The translations under genes and the position numbers were made by a program. 64,000 bases of DNA from Balanoglossus misakiensis (lineage: Eukaryota > Animalia > Hemichordata). Position 1 is the first letter of the stretch; the number at the start of each line of letters is the position of its first letter. Where the stretch lies: assembly GCA_040954595.2 (NCBI GenBank), contig CM082586.2, positions 12,369,337 to 12,433,336 on the forward strand, written 5' to 3'. Shown piece by piece: positions 22,701-37,234 of the stretch. The notes below the pieces were generated by a model that was given only the letters and a program-made list of their open reading frames with translations, was not told the origin of the DNA and did not search any database.

Positions 22701-25700
22701 GCAATGAATAAAATGGCGTCCTTTCTTAATTTCCAGTGCAAAACCCCTGTGATCCCAACCCATGTATGAATGGCGGATTTTGCCAGCAAACATCGTGCAA
22801 TTCTATTCATGCCAGTGTGTGAACTCTTACACAGGTGACATCTGTCAAACCATAGACCCTAGAGAAAGAAGGACGAGCAACTGCGGCAAAGATCAAAGGG
22901 TTTGGGGATTATCTGTATGATGATGTTCTTTTGCATATAATTAACACCCAGGACAGTTGGACAATGACTTCCTTACTTCGGCACGTGTCGACCCCACCAG
23001 TGATGCGAAAACTTGCCACCAAACTGGCACTCCTGCATTTCAGCAGCCACTGCGTTTTTTTCTAAAATTCTAAAAGTATTACGATGTCTGTGCTAATTAT
23101 TATGGTTTGGTGTTCGTCTGTCGGTTGAACGGTCATTTCTAGTGCCACAAGCTTCATTTAAAAATTGTAAACAAATCATCCATGTTTTTTGCATGTCCGA
23201 CTGGGCACTCATATTTCTTGGTAACGCTAACACTTTTCTTAATAATTTTATGTTTGTGTGAAGCATTGAAATAAAAAGTGTGGTTTAGGGGCATTTTATT
23301 TCGCAGTGCGTGAACAATAAAACAGATTTCACGAAAACAATTTGTAAACAAACTGGGTGGATTTTCATGTGTGCGCTATGGCCGCCAGGCAACCCTCGGT
23401 ACGGTTAGCTCACAACCTTGTGAAATACCCGGACTGTTAGACAAAAGATGCTTGTTTTGGACGCTGTCAGACTCAGAGGTGCCAAATTCCTGTTTAACTT
23501 GTCCAGATGTGTTCCATAAATGATCGCTGCGTTCAACCACGTTGCACTTTTCTCGTCTTCTGCGAGATGTTCTAAAGTGTTTGTGACAACTTCACGCAAA
23601 ACGCGAGACTTTGCGTTAGTTTATACACAGTTTATTTGCAAATTGGATTATTGGGATTTACCTGGAAATAATGTATGCAAAAGAACATCATTTCAAGAAA
23701 AAACTGGAGTTGCGCGTCCTTCTTTCTCTAGTGTCCATGGTCAAACAAGTGAGTATATACTTTCAAGACACCCTGCAAACAAACAAGCAATCTTCATTCC
23801 GTAGATCTTTAAGCATATTTATGCATTGTAAATTTTGATGTGAAACTTCAAATTTTATTGGTCTTGTTGCCAAACTTCTGAAGAAATGAGGATATTGTTT
23901 TGAAGGGTATTTTATCAGTAGATAACAAATACCATGGCCCTCCATGCAAATACCCACATGGTAAATTAAAACTGTTGCAGGTGTATTTGATTTCCACATA
24001 TGGATTACATGTGGGATAATATTGGGTGCTGGCAGTTTCAGTAAATGAACTGCTCTATTGCTGAGATAACAATAGGTTGCACTTTTTATTGCAGTCCAAG
24101 ATCCATGCCAGCGAAACAGCTGTCTCAACGGGGCTGTATGTAATGCAGTGGCCAACTCCTGCACGGCATATACCTGTGCCTGTACTGGTTGCTATGAGGG
24201 TAACCGTTGTGAAATATGTAAGTTTCTGACGTACCGTAAATGACAATCTTTTGGGCACTTTCTCTTCATAGCAATTGAATTGTGTGGTAACTTCTCATTT
24301 CTAAAATTTCCCCAAGAGAAAAGAAAGGAAAAGAAAACAGAAATTTCATTTGTATGTCCGTGCAATTTAGGATAGGCACGAACTTGTGAGGAAGTGTACG
24401 AAGCTGGATGTTTTCATCACTCAAATATACAAGAGTTGCCTCTTGAAGACTAGTGTCTGTAGAGATAATTGTGCAGGTGAGGTAATCTCTCCTAAGGTGG
24501 TGCACACATCTGAGTATTAAGTAAAAGAGACGTCCTTAATTATCCTTACTATTTGGCTTGAAAAATCAATCTTACTAGGTGTTCTGATTAGAGAGGTGTC
24601 CATGAGGTGACTACACCTGTTACTGCCAGTAGTGTTGGACTGGGGCCATCTGTGTCGTAGGTGTGTCGAATTACTGTTTTATGACACAGCGTGGTATATA
24701 AACCCTCATTTTTGGTATTCTCAATGTGATAGATGGACCCATACACCAATAAATGGGGTGGAAGCATTACTAAGTTTCATCCTTTCAAAATTTGCTGATG
24801 TAGGGTCAAAATTGAGTGTGAGGTGCACGTTAAAAAGGAAAGCCTTCTGTATCATGTTGATGGCACATTTTTTAATTTTTCAAGATTCTTACAGAAAAAT
24901 CCTAGCAATAGCATCATTATGTTTTTTTAAATGTACAGGTTTGAAACAAGGAATGAAGACATTGCTCACATATTTAAACGAAATGAACATCACAAGTACA
25001 TGTACAAGTTTTTGACAAGCAGGTAATTGATACTTTCATTTTTGTTTTGGCAGCCATTGATCAGTTATACTCTATGCCTTGTCAAAATGGTGGCACATGC
25101 GTTGCGCGAGATGGCTGTTTCCTGTTTGACTGTATGTGTACCGAATGCTTCACTGGTGCCACATGTACAATGCGTAAGTACAAACCAATATTATTTTATT
25201 CAATGCAAAACACTTGTTATGTATTATATAATATAAGTACGGTACACATATTAAAGCCCTGGTAACTCAAACTTTGGGCTAGCTTAATGTTATCACTATT
25301 TTTGTTTTCGGTTGCAACTGTGGTTTCTTGTCACACTCTAAAGGATTTCACAGCATTTGGTTTTTCAAAACAGCCCTTTGGTTGTTGTCATGTATACATG
25401 TACATGACTGTGGAGTGTAGTTTGTAGATTCTGTAATTTTGACAATATCTTGACTGCACATCCCACAGCTGTCAACCAGTGTCAACCCATCCAGTGTCGG
25501 AATGGTGGAAACTGTGTGCTGACGCCCAATTGGTGTACTGAATTCACATGCTCCTGTACAAGCTGTTACTCCGGCGATTTATGTCAGACATGTGAGTGAT
25601 TTTAAATTTCAGATGAAGAGGGACATAATAACATAACACATAATCGGCTTGGTTTCTTCCAACCTGTATCAAACAGTGAATAACGACACAATTTTGGGGA

Positions 25701-28700
25701 AATTTATTAAGAATGTGTGTGCCATAAAAAGGGATTGTGTTTTTGACCAAACAATAACCTGCACCGTATGGTACACTAAGACACTATTACACCTGTGTCA
25801 AAATTTCATTACGTTTCTTTTGTTGAACATGGAAGAAATTTGTCACAGTGATGTTCTGTTGACCAACTGAGATTTTTACCACTCAACCCTGACTGCACAA
25901 ATCTGTTTAAAGTATATGTAGTAAATATTAACTGTACACAATTTATATCACTTTCTCTTCTGTGCACAGATTTGAATCCGTGTCAGCCCAACCCTTGTCT
26001 AAACAGTGGATTCTGCCAGCAAGTGTCCTGCACCGAGTTCAGATGCCAGAGTCCGCGCTGTTTCATCGGAACCACGTGCGCTGAACGTAAGCAAACCAGT
26101 GTCAGATTTCCCGCACAAAGTAGAAATCGCTGGGCTTTGTCATTGATATTGTCTCAATAAAGTTGCCTGTGATTGTGCAGCTAACCAAGAGACTTATATG
26201 CACTACCGTAGCCATGATGAATATTTTCATTGACTCAAATGCTCATCAGTGTAGATGTTGCTATTTTTCCAACCGTAAATTGAAACATCAGAAAGTTATG
26301 ACATCAACTACCCCCACCCCCACCCCACCCCACCCCCAACTAGTAAATATTATAAGATGCTGTAATTATGATAAAGATGGTAGCACCAAGCTTGGATCAA
26401 GTGGTCTTCATTATCCGTCACACATGAACATGATCACATGGATGTGCAATCTTCTGACAGTCTGCTACAGATTTCACTTCCCACTCAAGTGTGTAAGACC
26501 CTAATGTGATACTTTTCATTTCTCTCACCCTTAGCGATCAACCAGTGTCTTCTAAACCCATGTCTGAATAACGGAGTGTATCAGCCACTTCAAGGCTCCT
26601 GCTCAATCTACACCTGCAACTGTCCAACCTGCTACACTGGGCAAACATGTGTTACATGTAAGTCACAAGTTTTTAGGTCCCATTGGTATGTACCATGGGA
26701 CCTTATGGGATTGGTTACGTCTGTATGTATGTATGGATGGATGGATGGATGGATGTCTGTATGTCCGTCCACATCAAAAATTTGAAAACCGCAGCGCGTA
26801 TGACCTCGATATTTGGTGTGTAGATGCAGGCAGGGCTGTAGATGGGAGTTTGTTCAAATGAAGATGTCATTGCCAAAAATATGCAAATTAGCTGGGAAAA
26901 TGTGAAATTGGTCAAAACTCAAAAACTGGACAACCACTGGTCATATTGATTTGAAAATTGGTATGCATGTACCTTATATCAACCTCATACAATCCTGTAT
27001 GTTTTGAGCTAATATTATCGATTTCCTTTTTTTTATGCATTTTTTTGAATTTTTCCATGTTATTGGTAAAAAGTCTTTGAAATTTAGTATGAAGCTTCCT
27101 AATGGTTGTCTAAGTAACCATGGTTTTGTTCAAATTGTTGCAAAATGTGCATATCTATAATGTTGAGCAATATTTGCCATTTTTGGTCAAAAAATGTTTT
27201 TCTTTAAAACCTCATGCCAGATTGCTTTGCAATTTGGTAGGCATGTTCGTAGGGGTAACCTAAATAATATGTTGTAAAAAAATGTGATATTTGCATAAAT
27301 GTGTTATCGGGGAAACTTTTGCAATTTTTGTCAAAAATTGTTTTCTCTGAAACAGCTTGTCCTATTGCATTGAACTTAGGCAGCATGTTCCTTGTAGTGA
27401 TAGAAGTAAGATATTGTACAATTTTGGTGATATTTGCATATTTGGTTTTTGCCATTTTTGAACAAATATTTTCTGTGAAACTGCTTGTTGGATTGCTTTG
27501 AAATTAGATTTTTCTCTGATTGCTTTGAAATTTAGGATATAATTTCATAACACATACCTGTATATGTGCAACTTTTATTCAATTCTGAGATCACAAAGAT
27601 TAAATATTTAGCGAGTTTTTTTGGTAAGTTTCTTTGTTTTTGGTTAGCAAATCTTCTCCTAAACAAATTGTCCAGTTGTTTTTAAAGTTACTATTTACAA
27701 GGAGTTGTTACCTCAAACAAAGACATGTTTACATAACTTAAATAGGCCAGCTGTTACAGAGACCACCAGCTATCAAATTTTAATTCCCAGTGGCAGGTCA
27801 GTGTGTGTCTGTTCCAGAGCTGACTGAAAGAAGTTGCTTCGCATATGTGTTTGTACAGACAATTTTTGGTCAATTTTTTTTCTAGCACCACTTGTAAGAC
27901 TGCCATGACACATGACAATTTATTGGGCATGTTCCTTGTTAATGTTTTTACATTCCATATTTCTATATGGTCAGATCATATCTGCTTGCAAATGTCACCT
28001 GTAATTTTTATTCTGGTGTGTCACTGTTTCCGCATAATCCTCAAATGTCATCAGATCTCCGAATGTGATGAAAACAGTGTGTTTTGAGTGTTTTTTTAAA
28101 TGACCTTTTGGGTTAAAAGTGGCAAAAATGGCAATTTTGTCTTGAAAGGGGTCAATAAGACTGACTTTTTTGGAATCAGCACCATTTTTTACATTGAATG
28201 GACTAGTCTGCTCAAACTTTCCTTACCAAAAATTCTGTTTAATCTTCTGAAACATGTATACTAGTATACATGTAGCTGCCTGATAGTTTGCCCTGTGTGT
28301 GTAATTGCTGAGTGACATAACACATTCTGTGATTGGTGCAGTCACAAAACCACCAATCAGATCGCTTGTTATAAGGAGAACTGCACGACCTTTAACCGCA
28401 TTAGCATACCTGATTTTAGGACTCGATATTACCTCTGAGGACGCAATATTTAAGTTGAAGTTTTTTTCTTTTATCATATTAGAGCAAGAAGACTTGTTTT
28501 TTATGTAAAGGAAATAGACCCTAATATACAGAGTGCATTTTGAAACGATAGGCAGGTCCGGCCCATAGCCTAATTCTTCATTTTTCTGTCATGCGTAGGA
28601 ATTGATCAGTGCTAACAACCCATGTCAAAATGGCAGCACTTGCCAACCCTAACCTCGTGTGTGGCATTGACGTGCACCTGCCAAGGATCCTATACTGGGG

Positions 28701-30726
28701 AGCGCTGTGAAAATTGTCAGTCAGTTTCTTTTGTCAAATTAATCAATATGTGTGGGACTGCTATACATGTATATAAAACAGAATACTGCGATGGAAAATT
28801 CTATAACTTAATGTTTCAGTGGATATATGACTTAAAGTTAGCAGGATGCAGTAAATTCAACAGAAAGTGTAATTTCTCTTGTGTGAGCTCTGTGCGACTG
28901 TGCCAATGAAAATCTCACCACAAACAAAAATGACAGGTATACACTGTATATTAGCAGCTTTGTCTCTGTAATAGCCATAGTGTTTTGAAGTTGAAAACTT
29001 GCAAAGTGTGCAGTTTTATTCACACTACAAAGGAAACATTGTTGAAACGGATTATCTGTGTACATTGTCAAACTGTACACTTGTCGTGAGATTTATTCTC
29101 AATTATATTATATCATGCTACAGTCCACAATTCTGATTGGACGAGAGTTCAATTCAGCGATGCTAAAATACTCAATAATGCACTGCTGGCAGTGGTAAAA
29201 ACGGGCTTTCTGTTTGCCACCTGGGTTTGTTCTTTAGGTTGTTGTATGTGTTTACACTCATCATGTTTATTGTAGAACCAGGGTCGATCAGTGAGGCAAC
29301 TGCTGTTTGTTCTATCTGCACTGTTACTCGAGGCCTCCTGCCATTTGATTGTTGTACAGTGAGACAGTATTCATCTCCCGAGCTGTCTTCCACTTTATGC
29401 ACAGCTTTGACAGTTTCATCCTTGTCTACCCTATTTGCCTTGCCTTTTGATCGGCAGCATTTGGCAAAATGGTTATGTTTGCCACACTTCCTGCATGACT
29501 TGCCTTTAGCTGGACATACTGAGTCATGTGGATAGGTGCCACCACAATAATAACAAGTGGACGGTCCTTTCGCTGGCTGCTGATGAGCTCTCTTTTGTTT
29601 ATTTGGTTTCGGGCGTTGATGGCGCTGTTTTCTGACCGCATTCACAGATGCCGTATCTGCACCATATTTTGGGTTTTCTCCTCAATCCCACTAGCCTGAA
29701 CCTCTGATACCTCAAATGAACGGGCTGTACTCAGTAGATTCTCTAGTGTCGTCTCCTCCCGAAGAGCACGACGTCTGAGACGGGCTGATGTGAATCCTCG
29801 TATGATTTGTGATTTGACCTCTTGATCCTTATTGGTGAAGTCACATATGTTTCTGCTAGGCGTTGCAAACAAGTGTGATAGGCATCAATCGATTCGCCGT
29901 TGTTTTGTATGGTGTCTCTGAAGATGAATCGTTCGTATTCAATGTTCCGTTTGGGTGAGAAGTACGACGTAAGCTTTAATTTGGCTGTTTCACAGCTCGT
30001 TCCTGTATCTGGTAGAGTATCAAAGAAGTCGGAAACTTCCTCACCTGCCCAGTGCAATAGCAGTGCACGTTGTCGCTTGTCATCTGTAATGTTGAATGCG
30101 ACAAATGCGTTTTCTACTCTAGCCATGTACTTTTTCCATCTCGTACTGGTGGTTGTCGGATCTGAATGAATAGGAAAACTCGGCATTGACGGCTAGCTGA
30201 TTCTCCATGTTCTCCGTCCTCGTCGCCAAATATAGAATCGTGGGTGGGCAATAATGACAACACGAGACACCAAGTCCGGCATGTAAGAGTGAGAGTGCTT
30301 AGCCTCGTTCACGCACTTTATTCATAATGACCCGAATGTTGCATTACGTCATTTTACAGAATGTATAAAGTATAGATGCTCACCAGTGTTTGGACACTAC
30401 AGTATACATGTGACTGCAGTGTCTTTCCAATCATGAATTTGCAAGGTGTCCTTCAGAGAAATTCTTCTGATTCTCTTTTCTGATTTGCTTTGCATATATA
30501 ACTTAATGATCTCATTTGTTGGAATTCCCTGTCTCAAATTTTTGATGATCAGTCTCTGCCCAATTGCTCATCGTCCAAACTTTCTTGTGTATTGAAAACC
30601 AGGAATCAACCAATGCGATCCCAATCCGTGCTTGAACAGTGGTTTCTGCCAGATGACATCTGGATCATGTCAACTGTACACATGTTTCTGTCAGAATTGT
30701 TTTCACTGGTGACCTTTGTGAACAAA
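19747..30726 (+). pseudogene. Copy 2 exon series G6 + E1-E12
   Basis: Same exons, splice sites and most lesions as copy 1. Confidence 0.85.
21362..21829 (-). mobile_element. L2/CR1-group LINE fragment, copy 2 (copy 3 at ~40920-41385)
   Basis: Same insertion, tail and TSD as 2243-2707. Confidence 0.9.
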
Positions 30727-33700
30727 GTAAGTTTTGATTTATTGTCTTGGGTTAATAATTTATACAGTTCAAAGTATCACCATTTCTTTCAATGTGTAGA
30801 TTTTTTTGTTTTTCTCTACAAGTGTAATCAAGATCTGCATGAAAATTTGTGTCGCTGTCTCCAAACCCAGCTAGTCCATACAACCAACAGTATGAATCAC
30901 CACCTCATGCTGGGCGTAGCCATAGGCTATACATGCCTGCCGGTATCGAAGGCCATTATGAGTATTGGTACCAGACCCCTCTTGAGAATGAATCATGGTT
31001 CCACCCTTATGGTAAAAAGTAAGATTACTCCATGCTAATAAATGACAATATTAGAATGAAAGTACATTCTAAGTGACTTGTCTGGAGCATCGGGCCACTT
31101 AATCCCGAAAAATTGCAATCGGCCTGATTTTCAGTTAACCAATCTAAAGCCCAACTTTTCGTGTATTTAGTTGGGTTTCTAAAACTAACAAATTTATTGA
31201 CAATATTTATAGCATGATGAACACTACTCTCATCAAATAAAATAATGTTGTGTCGTCCACAACTGGTGTAATTTTTATGTGTTTGGAATCGTAGACACCA
31301 TTTATCTTTTAGTCAACTCTAAATCTAATATAACAGTCGCGAAAATTGCTATGACAAACAAAAAATGAAGTGCTGACAGGGGACACCCTTGTCAGATCCC
31401 TTTGGATGGATAACATTTAGAGAAGACATTGCCATTTTTCAAACATCTAGTATGTGATTATACATAGTTTTAACCCTAACGCTGCCAAGTCAGTTTGATA
31501 TCCAGGGTGCCTAGAATCCTGGCTCCCAGGCCTGTTAGGCTGCCAAGGGCAAGTTACGCAGTAGGGCCTATACAAGACCCTCAAACCAAACCAGAGCAAA
31601 CCAGTACGATTTAGTACATTTAAGGGGGCTTAGACTGCCAAGTGTGTTATGAGAGCCATGGCAAGACAGTCAAAATACTTTTAGGAAGAAAAAATGGCAA
31701 ATACATATTTTAAGGGACTTGACACTCTAAACAGGTATGACACCTAGTAGCATTAGGGTTAAAATATAACTGCAAGCCAAAATGGTCATCTGAGGTCACC
31801 CGAAATTTGGGCAAAATTGTTTGACCCCATACTGGTCCAGGTCCATCAGAAACCAAACCTGTCGCCTGGAATTAGGTATGCACATAATTAATGAGTTAAG
31901 CAGTTGTACAGGTGACCTCAAAATTCGGCTTTTCATTTTAGTCCCATCCCTCGAAATGCTAAGGCTGTACCTGCTCTGGAGGCCGAGATATGAGAAAGTA
32001 GATCACCTGAGGTCACCCAAAATTTTATGGAAAAAATTGGATCCCACACTTGTCCATGTCCAACAGAAACAAAACCTCTAGCCCTATTGGTAAGCCTAGA
32101 ATTAGGTATGCACATAATTAATTAGGTCAAAGGTCAAGGGGTAACAAGTACATGTGTATGCTTCATCCCACCAAATATGAAGTCTGTCGGTCTAATAGTT
32201 ACGTACTTATGAGCATTTATGTTATATATAGTTCAAAGGTCACCAAGGTCACGTGACATTGCGGCGAAATGATTTGGTCCAATAGTTGTACCTGTCCACC
32301 AAAAATCAGCTCCCTAGGTGTATTAGTTAGCGTAGAAGTAGATATGTGTTTTTCAAGGTGGGTCAAAGGTCAAGGGGTCACCCGAAATTTGGCTTCTCAT
32401 TTCGGCCCCTTGGTCAGTCCCTGTCACACTCCATAAATGGAGACATGTTCTGCGCAACCGCAGTACGTGTAACCTCTTGAACTCAGATGTGCACATGCGT
32501 ACAGCAGTCCCTGTTCACACCATAAATGGAGACGTGTTCTGCGCAACCACAGCTGGACCTGTGAAAGATCAAATCCGATCGACCTATTTAGTTTCCGTAT
32601 ATTATATTGACCAATGCAGACTAAATCTAATAGAATTACTACATGTAGTATATCGTGTATAATACACACGTTTGGCAATATTGCAGTTTGAGTGTTAGAT
32701 GCAGACGTGTATACCCGATCTAAATTTCCGGCCTACACATGTACATGTATCACTGTTCACGTGCACATACACCTTAACTGCGTTCTGAAAATGACATGGT
32801 ATTTTCAAAATGTTACCCCAGATTACCCCATCATGTGAGAGCCATGAAACTCACACCCATTGTCCAGCAGTAGTTAGTTGACTATCCTATTCACTCAAAA
32901 CAAAAAGAACGGGTGTGAAAAAGTCACTAAAACAGCATTGATACAGAGGTGTATAACACTGTCCATGATTTCAAGAGAAAAACATGAACGCAGCCCAGGC
33001 AGATCGGTCACTGTATGTGGCGATATCTTTCTAAGTATTTCACTCAACTTGTACAGACGATGCCATGCTGTCTTCTGGAATGTGCTGGTAACGTCACACA
33101 TCAAAACATATTGATGAAGCCCTTCCCTGCGGCTCGGGCATCATGAATATTATTAAGGTCAAAGATCACCATCCCTTGTGCAGGCAAAAGATCATGATAT
33201 TGCCCTTGCTAACATGTGTTATTATTTAAATACGATGTTGTCATAGCTTTACTATGCAGGTATAGTAAAGCCTATGCCTTGGTCCAGACCCCCCATGGTC
33301 AATGAAAAAATATGAAATATAATGATCAAAAATCTTCTTCTCAAAATCGGCATACCCTAATTTGAAAATTTCGCCCTTATATGGTCATCAGGTCACTTGA
33401 CTAATTTAACATTCACGGACGTACTGCACCAGATCTCATTGGCCTGCATCATTGTGCCAAATTTGAGAATTGTAGGTTCAGCCGTTTTCAAGATCCTAGT
33501 GGCCGATGAAAGTGCCAAAGAAGAAAAAAATGCCAACAATACCAATAGGGTCAATAGGGGCTTGGGCCCCTAAAAACCCCAGTAATAACAATAGGGGCCC
33601 CGCCCATAGGGGCTTGGGCCCCTAAAAACGCGAGTAATACCAATAGGGGCCCCGCCCATAGGGGCTTGGGCCCCTAATAAGTTAGTTGTAAAGTTATTAC

Positions 33701-35866
33701 TGAGCTTGAATTTCACTAGCGACTAAAACTAAACAAAAACAAATCAAAGTATCACAAGCTTTATTTTGGTTTGATGTAGGATGTAATATGCTTATAGCAC
33801 ACTGCCAAATTAATGTCAACCAATAAGACCGGTAGGATATGATCGAAAACCACACGTATTAATGTGTAAAAGGCCGAACTTCCCAATAAATTTGGGTAGC
33901 CGACTACAGAGTCGAACCGATGCATGAACTGAAGTATCAAGACACATGGACTATTATTGATTGTTTCAGCAATTTGACTTAAGTTTATAATTTCCTATGG
34001 CAGTTTTTGCCGACAAGAATCAATGCCTGACCAAACAAAATGGACATTTTCACATGATCGTTACTGAGGTCACAAGTTAGCCAAGCCCTCATACACGCGC
34101 TATTCGGACGTATCGGTGATCTGTTTATGTGTTTAGCTAAGGTGGTAAACTGTTCATCAATCAATCAATCAATCAAAATGACTTATAGAGCACCAAACTC
34201 CACTGCAATAGTGTTCAATAGCGCTTTACAATGTAAAGTTATGTTAATAGGCTCTGTTAAACAGATAAGTCTTGATGTGTTTCTTGAAACTGTCAAGTCT
34301 AGGTGACTGGCATACTTCTATTGGGACACTCTTCCAAATGAGTGGGGCGATATACGGTACATGAAGTAGAAATTTGTCATTTGAACGAAGAAGTCTTGTT
34401 GAAGTTTTCAGATGGATTAAGTCAGAGATGTAAGCTGGTGCTGTGTTGTTTAATGCCTTATATGTCATAAGCAAGATCTTGTATTGGATTCTATAGTGTA
34501 CAGGCAACCAATGTAAATCCATGAGAACACGAGTAATATGATCCGTTTTACGGGTATGAGAAACGATCCTGGCTGCAGAATTCAGGGCATGCTGTAGCAT
34601 GCATGATGATGGTAAACCACAGAGTAGTGCATTACAGTAGTCCAGTTTTGATGTGATTAGAGCATGAACCAGCATCTGGCAAACTTCCTTAGTGAGGTAA
34701 CGGCGAATGTGGCTGATTTGACGCAGATGGAAGAAAATTGACTTGCAAATTGCATTAATGTGCTTATTGAAAGTGTAATTGTCGTCGAATGTCACACCTA
34801 TATTCCGTGCAGAATTCACAATTTGAACACAACATGATCCAATGCTCATGTGGTTTATGGGACGAGGCGAGCGGTTGAACTGAGACCTTATCAGGAGTAC
34901 CTCGGTTTTGCCACCATTGAGTTGAAGTTTATTATGTGTCATCCAGGTTTTTATTTCGTGAACTGCCCTTTCCAGTTAAATATCGCAACTAGCCATAATG
35001 TTTGACTGGGAGGAGCACCTATACTAATGCGAGAACCAGGGATTGAAAGTTGCACCTATGTTTTGATCCCTTAGTTACCCTTATAAGTACATTTGTAGTT
35101 TAATAACCATAGTTCTATTGCAAACCATTCTTTCCGTAGTTTTTTTTTTCAAATATTGTAATCTGAATTTATTTTGGTGTTTAACAGGTGTGATTATCTG
35201 TATTGACGGCCATTTTGAAAAATATTGGTTGCCATGGAAACTCTTCAACAGATATTTAGTGACTCGCTATCTGAATTTGTTCAGTACACATTAACACACA
35301 TCTGAGCCAAGTTTGGTATTTTTATCACAAAATACACAATCGATATGAAAATTTGGGTTTTGGTGCTCCACTACATAAGTAACATTAAGGATGTACATTC
35401 AGTAAAATTGAAAGCATTGTCATTTTTTTTAATTGTTGATTTTTTTATTCTCCTTTGTATGTATAATGAAAATCCGTAATAAAATATAGGGGTCACCGGG
35501 CTTGTTTTTGAAATACAGAGCCATGAGTTTGGTCGATAATAGAAGAAATCTGCTGACTCAGCATTTTTCACCAATGGTTTGTCTATGGGCAAAATTCTTA
35601 ACGCAATTTATCTCAAAAAGAGCGCGGTGACCCCTATATTTTATTTGACCAATGAATTTATATTTGCTGGACTGAGCTATGTGTAAAATTTCGTGAAAAT
35701 GACAATAGTAGAAGTTTGTTTTCTGGCGATTATCAATGTAATCCTATGGGAAAAAGACCGGGCGTGCAGTGTTTCTAGTTTATGTTCTGCGCGTACATCC
35801 TTGATAAAGTTTGCTGGCTAGAGGGCTCCTTAACCTCCCTAATATTTGACGTCTTCACTCCTACAG

Positions 35867-37195
35867 GACTGCGCAGCTGGAAGTTATAGTTCAGCATGTT
35901 CTGAAGCATGCACGCTGTGTCCAAGGGTTTCATGTGTGGAACAGCCAGCCTCTCATCACCAACACAATGTGGACAGGGATATTTTGCCAACAATGGAAGT
36001 ATAGACTGTATGCCTTGTCCTGCCCCGGGTATAAGTGCCAATATGATGGTATGTCGGAGCCAGAGGTGTGTGAAGATGTATACTACACTAATATAGAGGG
36101 TGAGTCAGCACTTAAAATTTGGGCATTACTGTGTAATCTTTCACTTAAGGCGGACGATCATCTTATGTGCATGTGCGTAATTCTGTGCGTACAAACATTA
36201 CGTCCAGTCCAAATATTCTGCCAATTTTACATCCAATGCATTCAAATAGTGGACTGCTTCGCTTTCATCCAGTTTTCATGTGCATCGTATAAGTAGACTT
36301 TTGTTTTGTCCCGTCTTTTCACCGAATTTGCTCTTTTCCAAATATCTGACACAGACTATGATCGTCACGATCTTGTCTGTTGTTAGAACAGCACACTGTC
36401 ATATGGCATTGACTGTATACAGTTTCTGTTACCAATATCTCTGGTTTGGCATTTTCCTGTCCTCAATCATTTGCCAGGGATTTTTGTCTCCCCAACCCGC
36501 GTGAGAATCCCACGTCTTTGAAGGTATGACTGTGACTATAAGATTCTATAAATCTCTGTTTATTTTCAGCACAAACATCATGTGCTGATTGGCCAACTGG
36601 TAACCAATGTCCAAATGGTAACACTGTGATTTTATGCTCGGCTGGTTATTACAGTTCGGCCTTGGACAAAGGATGTCTCGCTGTACCTCTTGCATAAAAG
36701 GTAAACTTCTACCCACCCACCTTTATTTCCAACATCAAACATTAGGTCAGGTAATTTACTAACTGAAAAATAGGATGGGAACATTTTCCATTTCTGTATT
36801 TAAAATTTACTGATATAATATATGAATGAAAAAATGACAAATTTTCCAAATTTGAATAGACCTCTATTTATGAAAATAATTAAAATTTGCGCCAAATTTT
36901 TACAGTGGTATTTAAAGGTTAACTTGGTGTGTTAATTCTTTGTTTGATTTACAGATCAGCCGGTGCTGAACAGTGTACTATTTGTGAGCAAGGGTACGCC
37001 TGCACAGATCCCAGTGCATCGCAATTCAAGTGTACCAAGGGTTACGTGTCATTGGCTAGTGCAACAAACTGTACCAGATGTACAAATGGTAAGATTGTGG
37101 TACTTGTTCAGTTTGCTGTGTGATGAAACTGAGGGGTATGTCTGTATGCATGTATGTGTTTACAACAGATTTTCAAGTCAGTGCGACTGGGGTTA

Positions 37196-37234
<39 letters not shown>
